64,000 nt of DNA, taken from positions 48,794,001 through 48,858,000 of the forward strand of contig NC_082709.1 in NCBI RefSeq assembly GCF_030144855.1. Reading direction: 5' to 3'. The first letter of the stretch is position 1; every line of letters starts with the position of its first letter. The position numbers and the translations under genes were made by a program. The stretch is from Hypanus sabinus (lineage: Eukaryota). Under the pieces are notes generated by a model. The model worked only from the letters and a program-made list of their open reading frames with translations. It did not search any database and was not told the origin of the DNA. Shown here one piece after another: positions 33,201 through 45,860 of this stretch.

Positions 33201-36200
33201 GGTCACTAGCGGGGTATATGACGAAGTCCCACAAAACTGATGATTCCTGACAGTGAGTGGTGGGAGGGGCCCGTCATATGCCATAGTCACACTTTTGAGG
33301 TGGCTCTGGAAGTCCAGTCCCAATAGCACAGGGGCACACAGTTGAAGCATGACCAGTAGTGCAAAGTTCCGATATTCTGTGCCCTGCATCACCAATGTCG
33401 CTACACAACCCACCCAGATGTCTGTGGAATCTGACTCAGAAGCCATGGTGACTCTCTGGCTTACCGGCCATGTCATGAGTCTGCAGCATTGCACCGTGTC
33501 CGTGTCAATAAAACTGTCAGTGCTGCCCGTGTCAAACAGGCAGCTAGTCCTGTGTCCCTCCACCAGGATGTCCATCATTGACCTTGCAAGCTGGTGTGGG
33601 GCGCTTTGATCAAGGGTTACGGAGGCCAGAGTTGAACTGCCGTCTTGGTGCCCGGTAAGCACCGGTGGGTCAGGGGTGGGGTGAGGTGGCGCCGACAAAG
33701 ATGGCCGCCCCCATCCGGGCAGGCAAGATGGCGGCCCCCATGCCTCACACGCAGCACTGCCCGACCCCGCTCGTGATTCAGACTTGGCGAAATGGCCCTT
33801 CTTCCCGCAGCTGGAGCAGGTCGCTTCTCGGGCCGGGCAGTGTTTTTGGGGGTGCTTTTCGAGCCTGCAGAAGTAACACTGCGCGGACTTGCGACTGGCA
33901 GCAGCTGTGGTCGGTTTCGGGGAGTTCGTGGACTCATGACTGGCAGTGGCGGTGGTGAATTCCGGCGGGGGATCGCGCGGCTGGACAGCGTCAGCGTTGT
34001 GCAGAGCAGCCTCCAGCATGTTGGCCGTCTCAATCGCTGAGCGTAAGGTAAGTTCGGTATTTTCCAGCAGCCGCTGGCTCTCGTACACTGACCTGATCCC
34101 TGTAACGAAGGCGTCTCATACTAGCAGCTCCGCATGTTGTTCCGCCGTCAGCCCTCTGCAGTCGCAGGCTCGCACGAGTGTCTGTAGGGCTCGGAGAAAC
34201 TGCCCGCTCAACTCACTGGTTCGCTGTCGCCACGTCGCTAAGCGATGTATTGCATTGACGGTATTCACCGGCTGTAGTTACTGTCTTTTGAGGGCATCCA
34301 GTGCCCCTTGGTAGGTCGGCAGGTCCCTGATAAGGGAGAATACTTTCGGACTTACTCTGGATAGTAGTATTTTGTACATTGTGGCAGGCTCCGTCACTGG
34401 AATTGCTTCCAAGTATGATTGGAAGCATGCAAGCCAGAGTTCAAAGGCAAGAGCTGCTTCTGGGGCTTGGGGGTCCAAGTCTAATTTTTCTGGATGTAAA
34501 ATACTTTCCATGTTTTAAAACTTCCAGCCAATAAAATTGATGCACCATCAATAACTCTCCGAGACGCGAGGCGAGATATAGGCTTTTATTGGCTAGAAGA
34601 AAGAACAAGCAGCAATTGACCACCACACTGCATCCTGGAGACTAAGACTGGGGCTGTGTCTCCAATCGCCTTTATACCGGGGTCAGTGGGAGGAGCCACA
34701 GGAGCAGTCAGCGGTGGGGGGGGGGGGGGGGGGCGCGTGTCCAGACAGGTATATGTAGTTCACCACACTGAGGTGATAATATTGTTACGTAAGGATTTTT
34801 AGTGCACTTTTGTGTTTAGGTTTTGGAGTTCAGTAAAATGCGTTACGGGTTTCATTAAATATAGAACACCTCACTACATTTTATTTGTGGAAACCTACAT
34901 TAGTGACCCCAATGCTCTAGGACAATTCCAGAGTTATTGAACATGTTGGCCATCAAAGTTGCTTTGAAATTGTCGAAGTTTTTGGAGCAAAATGCTATCG
35001 CTTGGTTTGTACAAGCAGAGGCCTAATTCATTCTGTGAGAAATTACTGCCAGTGACACCAAATTTTACGATGTGGTAGCGTCACTCAGCAATTCCACGAC
35101 TGGGAGAGTTGTGAGTCTGCCTGAACCCCCACCTGTACACCATAAATACCAATCGCTGAAAACTCAACTTTTACAGACTTTTGGACTATCAGAGTCCGAG
35201 CACACCAAACAATTGCTCTCCCTACCCAGTCTCAGCATCGTTAGACCATCCGGGCTAATGGATCATGTCCTGTCTCTCCTGCGAAATCACCATCTTTATA
35301 CTATGTTGAAAGAACTCTTCCTGCAGCATATTTCTGTCCAAGTTCTCATAGCCCCCGCTGATGCACCCATGAAGGATTACCGGGAACTTGTTAAAATGGC
35401 TGATAATCTCCAGTCACCTAGGCAGTGGTACATCATTCCTCCTCCTTTCCCTACCTCAATAAGCCCGGTCAGCAAGGCCACAACACCAGGAAATAGACTA
35501 CACCGTGTCTGTGCTTTTACCACACTTGCTTTGGAACAAATGCGAGGAGTTGCCAATCGCCTTGCACTCCAACAGTGCCAGCACATCGGGATATCAGAGA
35601 TCTGAGACACCATGGGTTCCAATTGCTAGGGGCATCGACTGTTCATTACAAACACCATTTCAGGGTGACCCTTCTGGCGTGATATAGCTACTCACTGGCA
35701 TGGCCTAGATGAGAAGACAAAGAGTGACGAAACCTCACTGGAGCCCGCCAGCGGCAGTGGGATCCATTCTCACAGGACACGATGGGTGACGCTATGCTTC
35801 AATGGGTGGCCTTACACATGGGACTTTGTCGTGGCTAAGGTGGCTCGACCTCTACTCGGTGCAGATTTCCTGTGTGCCCTAGGACTATTAGTCAATCTTA
35901 CGATTGCCAGTTTATGGATGTCAAAAGCTATAGATTATTACCCTGTTCCTATGTTAAGTTCCCCACAATGCATCTGCCAAGCATATGCACCACCACAGGT
36001 GAGTTTACTTGAATGCTGGATGAATGTTGCAAGTGCCATGTGATTTCATTCCTGGTGCCACACAGCCTCGTTGGCCTCTCAACAGCATTTCACCCTCCTC
36101 CATTCAATTCCTTTTCACCTATTCTGACCTCCCATCATGACTTACAACACTTTTGGGTTCCTGTAACCTATATTCCACCTCGTTTGTTTTTGTCCACCAT

Positions 36201-36741
36201 GACACACACAACAATCTCATAGACCCCCTTATGAAGGCTCGTTCTATGTTTTGGAACAGGCAGAAAAGACTTTTGTCAGAGATAAGAGATGCAAACCTGA
36301 TTGTATTTCAGTAGATCATCTTAAACCGGCCCAGCAAGATTTAGAGTATTCGCTGCCACGCCGCTGACGTCACATCATGACCATGAGTGTGTCAATGTTT
36401 CTCTGGACAAGCCAGGGGCACCTGCAGTTCCTCCACCTGTGGAATACAGGAACTGAGCCGGGCGGCTCGTCCGAGCTCCAGAAAGGCCCACAATGCCGAT
36501 TGTAGTGAATTCTGGGGTGAGGCCTGTGTAGGGTGATGTAATTGGGAGAAATGTACATGATTCAATTCACAACCACCGACAATGAGTTAGGGTCTCACTT
36601 TAAGAAGCTGGTCTGATGTGATGATAACACGTAAGGATTTTTAGCACTCTTTTGTGTTTAGGGTTTGGAGTTCAATAAAATATGTTACAGGCTTCATTAA
36701 ACATGAAACACCTCACTTCGTTTTATTTGCAAAAACCAACA
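30271..36741 (+). mobile_element. CsRN1-type Gypsy element, deleted and nested copy (duplicate of 11459-17928)
   Basis: Same LTRs, TGAT TSD, internal deletion and nested insertion. Gag ORF 35072-35605. Confidence 0.85.
30357..34767 (-). mobile_element. Mag-type Gypsy LTR retrotransposon (duplicate of 11545-15950)
   Basis: LTRs 34538-34767 and 30357-30576. ORFs 33186-34088 (gag-PR), 32550-33065 (RT), 31748-32494 (RH), 30663-31832 (IN). Extra stop at ~33186. Confidence 0.93.
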
Positions 36742-37040
36742 TGATCAGAAATGACTTTCTACTCAAGTGTATCTTATCTTCTAACTCATAATTGCAAAGA
36801 GGTTTAGAAATGTAGTAGATTAAAGTTTATCTCTGTTTTCTTTTGAACAGTAGTTTCTAGGAATGCTTTATTCCAAATTATCTGCAAATATAAATTGTTA
36901 ACTCACTGTAATGAAACTTATACAGGATTGTATATGGGTTCAAGAAAGTTCAAAGTACAGAATTGATAACTTACTAAAGTCCATTTTATCTGAGTCCACC
37001 AAAACTTACGCCAGACAACATTATGCTTTGTAGTAGCTGC

Positions 37041-38149
37041 CTAGAAGTCCCTCAAGTGTCTGAGGGACCCAGTTGAAAGACCCAGACACTGTATTTCCTG
37101 GGCTTCCTAGATTTCAGTTAGTACTGTCGGCCTCTGTAGTTGGGATGTTCATGGAAGATCCAGTAACCATCCATCACCTGACAGGAGTGGATGTCACAGC
37201 AACAGAAACTATCATAGACAGAGGGACAGTCGTCCATGAATTCCATCATCTTCCTTTCACCCCAAACTCTGCCCTGTTCACCATGGAGGATATAAAATAT
37301 GAAGGAAAACATCAAACTCAAATGCGTCAAGGACAGTGGAAGCAGACAGATCAATTGCCTTTGTTCCTACCATGTAGTCGGAGTTGGAGACTGCCATTTT
37401 GTGCGATAAAGTTGCTTTGCTTTCTGTGTTTTAAAGAAAACATAATGTTGCTTCAGGTAATCTGCTGGATTAGAGATCATTTCCAAATAAGAATTAATTT
37501 GTGAGCAGTTTTGATATAATATAACATGCAGGTTTCTGAATGCTGGGGCTGGTGCCTCCTTGGAGTGAGTCGAGCTGGTTACTGAAGAGAACAAAGAGCA
37601 ATAAATTATTGATTGTCACTTGCTGGGAAGAGGGCAATAAATGGATGCGAGCCGAGAGCAGAGCCAATAAAAAGGTGTTAAATGTCAGACACTTGACCTA
37701 CAGCCAATGACACTGAAATGCGATATTTGAATTAGACAATACACAATAGACAATAGGTGCGGGAGTAGGCCATTCGGCCCTTCGAGCCAGCACCACCATT
37801 CAATGTGATCGGGGCTGATCATCCACAATCAGTACCCCATTCCTGCCTTCCCCCCATATCCCTTGACTCCGCTATCTTTAAGAGCTCTATTGGTATGGAA
37901 CGAATATAAAAGGGGGCTCTTCAAGTGTACTATCAAGAGATCTACCATTGCAGGAAGGATCCGCACACCAGAGACTGAAGGAAGAAAGGATTGATCACCT
38001 GGCCAACGGCGATCCCCTATTTCAGTGTTATAAATTAGAAAAGCGTCCATTAATTACAGTTTGTGTAGTGAGTTTGCTCTTCTAGTACCATGGATAAATA
38101 GTCAACAGCCCTCTGGTAAATTCTCATCTTTGTAGTTACCTCCTCAGTA
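37041..38149 (-). pseudogene. Orphan gamma-crystallin exon 3 (duplicate of 18228-19336)
   Basis: Same lesions and insertion at offset 18,813. Confidence 0.9.
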
Positions 38150-40475
38150 CTGAAATAAATTATTTTAATGCATTCTTAATATAATCATGTCAAAAATGCA
38201 TATAATATACTGTGGATATTATATATACAGTAAGAAACAATGTGCTGACACTGGAGAGGGTTCAAAGGCTTGTCACGTGAGGAGGCTTGCATTGTCCTGG
38301 CTTGTACATGCTGGAATTTAGAAGAATGATAGGGTGAGGGACTTACTCTCTATAAATTCTTCCTCTCTACTGTAATAGCTAACTTGATTTTCTCTGTCTT
38401 TGTAGATGAGAATGGCCTATGATTGCTGTATTTCCTGTGCCTTCATTGTTATTACTATTTACTGGTCTGGAACTGACTCCGCCAATGTTTCTGTCCTTTG
38501 CTCTTTCTTCGCTCCTCCCAAGCTCATCCACTTTCTTCATTAAACAACAATTTGCTGAAGGAACTCAGAGGGGCAGACAGCATCTGCAGAGGGATATGGA
38601 AATTTCATTTCCACCAATTGCAGTTTTGTTGGCTGGTCATTATAGGCTTTGATTATTGTAGTATACAAAAAATTGTTTTCAGTCCACTGCTTTCTGTAGG
38701 ATGCACCTTGGTTTAGCGAATGAGCTGACACCTCAGATTGCTTAGTATTTCATCTGGAGGTTACGTGCTAGCTCTGCCTTCACATTAATTCCTGACACAG
38801 TAATCAGGTCCCAGTCTAGCTGCCTAATGTACATTTAATACTGACATCAGCATTTCCTGTCCAACTCACAAGAGAAGTTCATAGAGGAAAGTGGTTGATT
38901 TAGCATTGACTGGCTGGGTGTTGGGGTTTTCCTGTGGAGGCAAAAGGGTGGTCAATGTTTTAGCTCCAGGCCTTGCATCAGGAACAAGAATGTAAGAGAG
39001 AGATAGCCAAAAAATAGAGGGGAAGTAGTGGGATGAGGCGGGGGCTGGCAGGCAACTGGTGTAACGAGGTGGGAAAAGGGATGACAGGTTTATGGAACCA
39101 TGTATGGGGAAGGTCAGGGTGAAGGTTGCGAGAGAATGGCTGGAGGCTGATGCGTATAAACAGACAAGGAGAGAGTGGGAAATACTGGATGGGGGATCGA
39201 GGAGTGAGAGATAGAGGATGACATGATATGCGGAGATATAAAGGTTGCAGATGCTGGAAAATGAGGAGGAAGGAAGGTGAGAAGGGAGCGATGAAAGAGG
39301 GAAACCTCTGGACCTTCACTTTGGGATGTTTTCCTTTTTCCCCTACTCAATCTCTAGTTGGATGTCTACCCTCCTCACAGTCTGGTTACTCACATCACTA
39401 TTACTAGTGTTCTTACACTTTAACTTTCTGAATTCCTTTGAACACTCCCCATCACCACTCACACAAGAAATCCTTAGGACTTTCACTCATCATTTCACCT
39501 GGATCTACATACCTGCCATCCCTTTCTCCAGTCCATCTTATACTGGCTGCCTCCCCTCTAAGTTCAAGGTCATTTGCAAGATGGACAGCTGTCAATGTAA
39601 GCTTCCAAACTGCATTTATCCCTCACAAATCGTAATCCAAATTAAATTGCTTGGAATTGGAAGTGTCCATTCACATTGTCAGAATTTGTTTGTGAAGGAA
39701 ACATTATTATGGAAAAGGGTTAACGATATTATTGTCGGCACCTTTGTCTTTAGGCTGTAATCATCTCAAAAATGGATGGTACGTGTCCAGTTTGCAACAG
39801 GCGGGAAGAGGCAGCGTAGCGGTGCAGGTAGTAGAACCACCGCCTCACAATGTCAGCAACCTAAAGTGATGTCTATATAGGACTTCCACATTCTCACTGC
39901 AAGCCCATGTTTTCTTTCTAGGTGTCTGGTTTTGTTCTTGATCTGCAGAGAAAAGCCATCTGGTGGGTAAATCGACCATTGTATGTTGTTCTTTGTGTGT
40001 CGGTGACTACAATTTGGAGAAGTGATGAGAATATGTGGTGATTTTTAAAAATATTATCAATGAAGGATTAGTGTAAGTGGGTAGTTAATGTTCAGCCCTG
40101 ACTCAATGGGCCAAAGGGCCTGTTTCCACGTTGTATCTCTCTATAAGAGCAGGAATCCACAGAGGTGTGACAATTTATCACTATCCTCTCAATAGGAGAA
40201 GATGACCTGATCAATAATGAATTACATATTCAGCATGCCTCTGGATAAAAATTATCTCCACAATGATAGCAACTAAAATGAGAAATAATCCTGAGTTAAG
40301 GCCGATATGGGTCAAAGCCACCACACAGGACTCAGGTACTAATGTTATTTTGTATGTTTTAAACAATGTTACAACAGCATGAAAATAAATGAATTACAAT
40401 GACAATTATCATGCAAAGCTTATTTTATTTTCTGAAGTATGTTCTTAGAATAATATGCTGATTATTGAGAGTCAA

Positions 40476-43400
40476 CTAGAAGTCCCTCATGCGCCTGAAG
40501 GACCCAACAGTTGAGCTGGAGCCTCCCCAGTCACTGTATCTCCTGTACTCCCCGGGTCTCAGGAAGTACTGTCGGCCTCTGTAGTTGGGATGTTCATAGA
40601 AGATCCAGTAACCATCCATCACCTGACAGGAGTGGATGTCACGGTAACAGAAACGATCATAGAGAGAGGGACAGTCGTCCATGAATTCCATCATCTGTCC
40701 TGCAAATTCAGGCTTCTCATAAATCTTCATCATGTAGGTGCCCCCTCGGTGCTGGAATAAAGGATTTTATGTGTCCTTAATGCAGTATAGTCATGTCAAA
40801 ATGCATATAATTATCACAGACTTTATATATACATGCAGTTGTACCAGTCCTCAGAATTATCAATAATTAATTATATTTCAAGACTATCATGATTTAAGAT
40901 TGAGGAAGTTCACTATTTCTACAGGAGGCAGCTAAGAACATTACAGTTTCATGAATACTAAAAAAAATTTGGTTGTTGATCTCATGAAAGATATTTAAGG
41001 ATATTAAAGTATGCTCAATATAATTACATGAAAGTATATATTACATAAATAATGTCATAATTGTGTTTCTGAATTAGATGCGTATCGATAAAATGTAATA
41101 CCTGGTTGAAGAACTTGTTCTGGATTTCTGAAGACAAGTGCAGAGAGACAGAGGGGTGTAAAATGAGGGTAGATACAAAAAGTAGTAAGGTGAAAAGTAA
41201 AAGTGTCGGACAGGCAAATCCAGGGCAAAAATCAAAAAAGGCCACTTTTCAACATAATTGTACAACGGCTAAGAGTGTTGTAAAAACAAGCCTGAAGGCT
41301 TTTTGTGTCAATGCGAGGAGCATTTGTAACAAGATAGATGAATTGAATGTGCAGATAGTCATTAATGAATATGATATAGTTGGGATCACAGAGACATGGC
41401 TCCAGGGTGACCAAGGATGGGAGCTCAACATCCAGGGATATTCAATATTCAGGAGGGATAGACAGGAAAGAAAAGGAGGTGGGGTAGCATTGCTGGTTGG
41501 AGAGGAGATTAATGCAATAGAAAAGAAGGACATTTGCCTGGAGGATGTGGAATCGATATGGGTAGAGCTGCATAACACTAAGGGGCAGAAAACACTGGTG
41601 GGAGTTGTGTACAGGCCACCGAACAGTAGTAGTGAGGTTGGGGATGGCATTAAACGGGAAATTAGAAATGCGTTCAATAAAGGAACAGTAGTTATAATGG
41701 GTGACTTCAATCTACATATAGATTGGGTGAACCAAATTGGTAAGGGTGCTGAGGTTGAGGATTTCTTGGAATGTATGCGGGATGGTTTTCTGAAACAACA
41801 TGTCGAGGAACCAACTAGGGAGCAGGCCATCCTAGATTGGGTATTGAGCAATGAGGAAGGGTTAGTTAGCAATCTTGTCGAGCGAGGCCCCTTGGGTAAG
41901 AGTGACCATAATATGGTGGAATTCTTCATTAAGATGGAGAGTGACATAGTTAATTCAGGAACAAAGGTTCTGAACTTAAAGAAGGGTAACTTTGAAGGTA
42001 TGAGACGTGAATTAGCTAAGATAGACTGGCAAATAATACTTAAAGGGTATGCAATGGCAAGCATTTAAAGATCGCATGGATGAATTACAACAATTGTTCA
42101 TCCCAGTTTGGCAAAAGAATAAACCAGGGAAGGTAGTGCACCCATGGCTGACAAGGGTAATCAAGGATAGTATCAAGTCCAAAGAAGAAACATACAAATT
42201 AGCCAGAAAAAGTGGCATACCTGAGGACTGGGAGAAATTCAGAGTCCAGCAGAGGAGGACAAAGGGATTAATTAGGAAAGGGAAAAAAGATTATGAGAGA
42301 AAGCTGGCAGGGAACATAAAAACTGACTGTAAAAGCTTTTATAGATATGTGAAAAGAAAAAGATTGGTCAAGACAAATGTAGGTCCCTTACAGTCTGAAA
42401 CAGCTGAATTGATCACGGGGAACAAGGACATGACAGACCAACTGAATAACTACTTTGGTTCTGTCTTTACTAAGGAGGACATAAATAATCTTTGGGAAAT
42501 AGTAGGGGACCAAGGGTCTAGTGAGATGGAGGAACTGAGGGAAATACATGTTAGTGGGGAAGTGGTGTTTGGTAAATTGAAGGGATAAAAGGCAGATAAA
42601 TCCCCAGGGCCAGATGGTCAGCATCCCAGACTGCTTAAGGAAGTAGCCCAAGATATAGTGGATGCATTACTGATAATTTTTCAAAACTCCTTAGATTCTG
42701 GATTAGTTCCTGAGGATTGGAGGGTGGCTAATGTAACCCCACTTTCTTAAAAAGGAGGGAGAGAAAAACTGGGGAATTATAGCCTGACATCGGTGGTGGA
42801 AAAATGCTAGAGTCAGTTATCAAAGATGTGATAACAGCACATTTGGAAAGCAGTGAAATCATCGGACAAAGTCAGCATGGATTTGTGCAAGGAAAATCAT
42901 GTCTGACCAAACTTATAGAATTTTTTGAAGATGTAACTAGTAGAGTGGATAGGGGAGAGCCAGTGGATGTGGTATATTTGGATTTTCAAAAGGCTTTTGA
43001 CAAGGTCCCACACAGGAGATTACTGTGCAAACTTAAAGCACACGGTATTGGGGGTATGTTATTGTTGTGGATAGAGAAGTGGTTGGCAGACAGGAAGCAA
43101 AGAGCGGGAGTAAACGGGACCTTTTCAGAATGGCAGGCAGTGACTAGTGGGGTACCCCAAGGCTCAGTGCTGGGATCCCAGTTGTTTACAATATATATTA
43201 ATGATTTAGACAAGGGAATTAAATGCAGCATCTCCAAGTTTGTGAATAACACGAAGCTGGGCAGCAGTGTTAGCTGTGAGGAGGATGCTAAGAGGATGCG
43301 GGGTGACTTGGATAGGTTAGGTGAGTGGGCAAATCCATGGCAGATGCAATTTAATGTGGATAAATGTGAGGTTATCCACTTTAGTTGCAAGAACAGGAAA

Positions 43401-45624
43401 ACAGATTATTATCTGAATGGTGGCCGATTAGGAAAAGGGGAGGTGCAACGAGACCTGGGTGTCATTGTACACCAATCATTGAACGTGGGCATGCAGGTAC
43501 AGCAGGCAGTGAAAAGGGCAAATGTTATGTTGGCATTCATAGCAAAAGGATTCGAGTACAGGAGCAGGGAGGTTCTACTGCAGTTGTACAAGGCATTGGT
43601 GAGACCGCACCTAGAGTATTGTGTGCAGTTTTGGTCCCCTAATCTGAGGAAAGACATTCTTGCCATAGAGAGAGTACAGAGAAGGTTCACCAGATTGATT
43701 CCTGAGATGGCAGGACTTTCATATGAAGAAAGACTGGATCGACTAGGCTTATACTCACTGGAATATAGAAGTTTGAGGGGGGATCTTATTGAAACGTATA
43801 AAATTCTAAGAGGATTGGACAGGCTAGATGCAGGAAGATTGTTTCCGATGTTGGGGAAGTTCAGAACGAGGGGTCACAGTTTAAAGATAAAGGGGAAGCC
43901 TTTTAGGACCGAGATGAGGAGAAACTTCTTCACGCAGAGAGTGGTGAATCTGTGGAATTCTCTGCCACAGGAAACAGTTGAGGCCGGTTCATTGGCTATA
44001 TTTAAGATGAAGTTAGATATGGCCCTTGTGGCTAAAGGGATCGGGGGTATGGAGAGAAAGCAGGTACAGGGTTCTGAGTTGGATGATCAGCCATGATCAT
44101 ACTGAATGGCGGAGCAGGCTCAAAGGGCCGAATGGCCTACTCTTGCACCTATTTTCTATGTTCCTAAGACAGTATTAACAAAAAGAACAAAGTTTACAGA
44201 ATTTAGTTCCACTAGAGATAACATAATGTAATTAATGTAAAACTTGTGTATTAGCATGATGGTAACTATGATAAATGTACATACAGTAGGTGCTGGTCTG
44301 TGTCTGTAAATAGGTTGAATTACTAATGCAAAAAATGCAAATTGTTTTGAGCATTTTCAGATTCCTCATTCCTCACTACCTCTCTGTCAGAGCTGTAAAT
44401 TTAAGTCTACACAGGGTGTGATTGTTGGAAACAATAATACAGCCATCCCGTATTTCAACCTGGGTATCAGCTACAGCCTGACTTATTTTATTGGTTCTTA
44501 TTACCTGACCAGATGATTTTGAAAAAAATTGCAACTTATGGGAGAGGGCAGATTGCTTCAACATTGAGCGAACATGGATTCAACGGGCCAAACAGCCTCA
44601 CTCCATGCTTTAACCTCACTGTGGTTCTCTGATACCATGCAATTAAAAACGTAGGATTTTGTAATTCAGACCACCAGCGGCCTGATTCAGTGAATAAGGA
44701 GGATGTTTTAGTATGAATGAAAAACCACACAAATTCGTGAAAAGAGGCCATTCGTCCCATTGAAACCTTAATAGTCAAAATTATTTTCTGTCCAATCCTT
44801 CTTATCTCTTATGAGATGTTAAGAGGAATAGATAAAAGTGCACAGTCAGAGAATTTTTCTCAAGGCAGAAATGGCTAACAGGAGAAAACATAAAATTTAA
44901 AAAAACTGTGCGTGGACATTCATATAGTTCCCGCATCAAAGCCAATGATGCATATGTCAGTGATAATAAACCTGATTCTGATTCCAATTCTTTACCCAGT
45001 GCCCTCGCAATCACGGATACAGCTCTGTCTGTCAAAAGGACTCTGACATTCATCCCTCACACCAGATTCACTCATTTCCTGCACCAATGTCCTTTCTGTT
45101 GACTCATTTAACAAATATCTACTGTCTCCAAACTTGTCTCCAAATGTCAGCAGCTAACTCTAGCATTCAAATCAGCACAACATTTCAGCGAAAGAGCTTG
45201 TGGACAAGTGTAATTATTGCAAATGTCAGCCATTTCCTAGCAGTGTGTCAATTGGCTTGGAATACCTCAGTCACCAACAGCAACTTACAGGTGGGTAACT
45301 GCGACAGGACTTGACACAGTCATTGAATCCCATCCAGCGCTGGTAGTCAGGATACTCTCCCCTGCTCAGGACATACTGGTATCCCATGTAGTTGGGTCTC
45401 TCGTACAACACCCACCAGTCACTCTCAACACGGATGGAGTTACAGCGGCTGAAGTAAGGGGAGAGGTCAGCACAGTCGGAGCTGCACTCATAGTGCCGAC
45501 CCTGGAAGTTCCTGTCCTCGTAGAAGATGATCTGTGGGAAGAAATAAATTGCTTAAATCAGACTGGGAACGAATGATGGTTACAATATAATTCACAAAAT
45601 GAAAAGTGGTCTTGCCTTTCCCAT
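40476..45624 (-). CDS. Gamma-crystallin (gammaS-1-like), gene C; CDS exons 45616-45624, 45289-45531, 40476-40751; 175 aa
   Basis: As gene B except exon 3 TYR to TYM and WGGY to WGGS. Frame and splice sites intact. Confidence 0.93.
41137..44165 (+). mobile_element. CR1 LINE in intron 2 of gene C (duplicate)
   Basis: Same as 22324-25353. Perfect TSD AAGACA (41131-41136 / 44166-44171). RT motif further decayed to FVNN. Confidence 0.95.
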
Positions 45625-45672
45625 TGTGGTGTATGGTCGATAACCAACTGACTACATGGAACTGTAACTGGG

Positions 45673-45860
45673 TATTTATCTACTGGACAGAAAGGCTTTT
45701 CCAGCAAGGCCTTTGTAATGTAAATGATGCAAACCTGAGGTCAGCAGAAAACAACATACATCCCGTGAATGCTGAAAAAGCACCTGAGGATATGAGACTT
45801 GTCAGTGATCCAGTGATTGTTTTTGTTTTACAGCAGGCAATTTAATTGTACAAAGCAGTA
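45673..45860 (-). promoter_or_regulatory. Proximal promoter of gene C with variant TATA (TAGATAAATA)
   Basis: Matches the gene B promoter. MARE-like site at 45770-45782. Confidence 0.6.
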
